A DNA stretch of 64,000 nucleotides from Mobula hypostoma (lineage: Eukaryota): contig NC_086126.1 of NCBI RefSeq assembly GCF_963921235.1, positions 12,028,001 to 12,092,000 on the forward strand, given 5' to 3'. The position numbers and the translations under genes were made by a program. Below the pieces are notes generated by a model, which was not told where the DNA came from, did no database searches, and saw only the letters and a list, made by a program, of their open reading frames with translations. Numbering within the stretch: position 1 is the stretch's first letter; every line of letters starts with the position of its first letter. Of the stretch, positions 61,479-64,000 are shown in pieces.

Positions 61479-64000
61479 GGGAGATGGGGAGCCAGATGCG
61501 ATATTACAGCTTCCGCAGCCTTTCAATTTCTGTAATCGGCCGATAAATCATTATAAATCATAATCTCATTAAAATAAACATTTTTAGCATCAGATTTCGG
61601 TGTCGGCTGGACGTGTCTCTCCGTACAGTGAGGGCAGGTGTGGGAAGATGTGGGAAGGTGTTGACAGATACGGGTAGGTGTGGGCGATGTATGCAGGTAT
61701 GTTAAGATGTGGGAAGGGGTGGACAGATATGGGTAGGTGTGGGCGGTGTGTGCCGTTGTAGGCAGAGGTGGGAAAATGTGGACAGATACGGGCAGGTAGG
61801 GCGATGTGTGCAGGTGTGGGAAGATGTGGAAAGGAGTGGACAGATATGGGTAGGTGTGGGCTGTGTGTGCAGGTGTAGGAAGAGGTGGAAAGGTGTGGAC
61901 AGTTACGGGCAGGTAGGGCGATGTGTGCAGGTGCGGGAAAGTGTAGACAGATGTAGACAGGTGTGAACAGCATTGGAAGGATGTGGGCAGGTGTGTTAAG
62001 GTGTGGCCAGGTGCAGGCAGGTGTGGACAGATCAGAGCCAGAATCAGATTTGTCATCACTGACATACTGTACGGCATAAAAATTCCTGTCTGGTGGCAGG
62101 AGTACAAAACAAAGACTTACTTAACAAATAACTAAATAGTGCAAAAGACAAAAGGGTATTGGCTTGTGTGTGGTTGTGTGGACAGGTGTATCCTGTCTGA
62201 ATTATACCCTGGGATCACTCTCCTCCTCAGGGCTCTACATTCCTCAGCATTTGGAAAATAAACCACCCTATCTGGCACCAACTATCTTTCCACAGTCTAG
62301 ACCACATTTCTCCCCCCAACCACCACCCCCCCCCCCCGCCTTCTCAGAAACACACGCAGAATGCTGGAAGAACTCAGCAGGTCAGGCAGCATCTTTGGAA
62401 AGGAATAAAAGTTTTAGCCTTACACCCTTCACCGGGATTGGATAGGAAGGTGGGGGGTGGAGGTACTAGAATAAAAAAAGGCGAGGGGAGGGAAAAGAGG
62501 GCTAGACGGAACGAGATAGATACAGTCGAACGTGCGCATGTTGGAGCTGACAGTTTCTCCATAGTCACGGATCTCGCCCCTGGCTTCGTTTCATCACGGT
62601 CCCGCTTCGGGTCGAATCCTACGACCTCTTCTCTCCTGCGTCTTCACTCTTCATCTCCTCCCGAACAACAGCCCCAAGGCCAACCTTCTTGTTCCTCACT
62701 AGAGAAACCTCCCCTGAATCGGACCATCCTCATTGGATGGCGCACATTTCTCCTCGTCCCTTATCTTCAACAGTAACCCAAACAAGCTGAAAACAGAACA
62801 GACTGCTCTTACAGAACTGTCAAACTGAGATACATACAGAAAACAGTAAAAATATGAACCAGGGCATTACATATATGGAGGGTTCTCAGGGTTTTTTTTT
62901 TGGCCGTAGCCTCCGCCATCTTTTCTACCAGATTCTTTCCTCTCCAGCCCTTTACCTTTTCCACCTATCACCTCCCAGTTTCTTACATCATCGCCCCTCC
63001 CCCACCAACTGGCTACACCTATCTCCTTCCGTCTTGCCCTTTTTTCCCTCCTCTAGCCTTTTTTTTTGTTCTAGTTCCTCCCCCACCCCCCCCCCCGCCC
63101 CACTTCCTATCCAGTCCTGGCGAAGGGTCTATGGCTAAAACCTTTATTTCTTTCCATAGCTGCTGCCTGGCCTGCTGTGTTCCTCCAGCATTCTGCGTGC
63201 GTTGCTGAGATTGGTGGGGGAGAAATGTGGTCTAGACGACTTTGATTGTGGAATGATAGTTGGTGCCAGATGGGGTGGTTTGAGTATCTCATAAACCGCT
63301 GATCTTCCTGGATTTTCACACACAACAGTCTCTAGAGTTTACAGAGAAATGGCGCAGTAAACAATAAAACAAAAAAAATCCAGTGAGCGTCAGCTCTGTG
63401 GGCAAAAATGCCTTGTTAATGGGAGAGATCAGAGGAGAATGACTAGACTGTTCAAGCTGACAGGAAGGTGACAGTAATTCAAGTAACTACACGTTACAAC
63501 AGCGGTGTGCAGAAGAGCATCTCTGAACTCACAAAACATCGAACCCTGAAGTGGATAGGCCACAGCAGCAGAAGATCACGCAAATTAGGGTCTCCCCTCT
63601 CGCCGTGAAATGGAGACATATCTTTCTACTTTGTTAGGGAGAGAGAGAGAGAGAGCCTGTGGTATGTCGAATACCGGGTGAACGAGTAGTCTTTGGGGTA
63701 GTGCAAGTCTGTGTCTTTATTGATGCTTTGCTGCACGCTTGAGTGCTCGGTGGGGGCGGGGGTGCCGATACTTTTTTGCTGGTGTGTGTGGGCGGGGGTG
63801 TTTGTTGCCTTCCTGCTGCTTGTGCGTGGGAAGGCAGCTGGGGGGGGGGTACTTTGGGGTCCTAACATTTAACTGTCATTCATTCTTTGGGACACTCCTC
63901 TGTTTTCGCCCATGTTCGCAAAAGAAAAAGAATTTCAGGATGTATACATTTCTCTGACATTAAATGTACCTTTGAAACCTTTGAAACATACAGGAGGTAA

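Larger units (their letters stand above)
13800..63870. repeat. Large imperfect inverted segmental duplication (arms about 13.8-34.4 kb and 41.7-63.9 kb)
   Basis: Ordered mirror blocks: 14318-14960/62930-63597, 16270-18900/59770-62260, 20240-21480/58150-59480, 24250-25765/51040-52520, 26430-28200/45100-46880, 28800-31620/42420-45100, 33890-34360/41720-42190. Confidence 0.85.

Overview
Eukaryotic, repeat-rich vertebrate DNA. The repeat content (CR1 LINEs, Penelope relics, V-domain SINEs, Tc1) suggests a cartilaginous fish, probably a ray; this is an inference. One assembly gap lies at 14046-14317. Much of the window is an old, imperfect inverted segmental duplication (about 13.8-34.4 kb versus 41.7-63.9 kb), with a smaller inverted/direct duplication (3.5-11.8 kb and 35.7-39.4 kb). 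Main contents: (1) Three spliced 4-exon avidin-like genes that the ORF track misses (A, minus, 17182-21151; B, plus, 54553-57458; C, plus, 58579-61478). Exon 2 divergence between A and C is almost all non-synonymous despite a near-identical intron 1. They have a Cys-containing C-terminal tail, and each copy has a different single-base lesion. (2) Fourteen tRNA-Glu(TTC)-derived loci, three matching the consensus exactly and one with an anticodon shifted to TGC. (3) An intact first exon of a TWIK-type K2P potassium channel, plus decayed copies of that exon split by a tRNA-Glu. (4) Minimal hammerhead-ribozyme motifs in Penelope-derived repeats, and many LINE, LTR and DNA-transposon fragments. All coordinates and alignments were read by eye.
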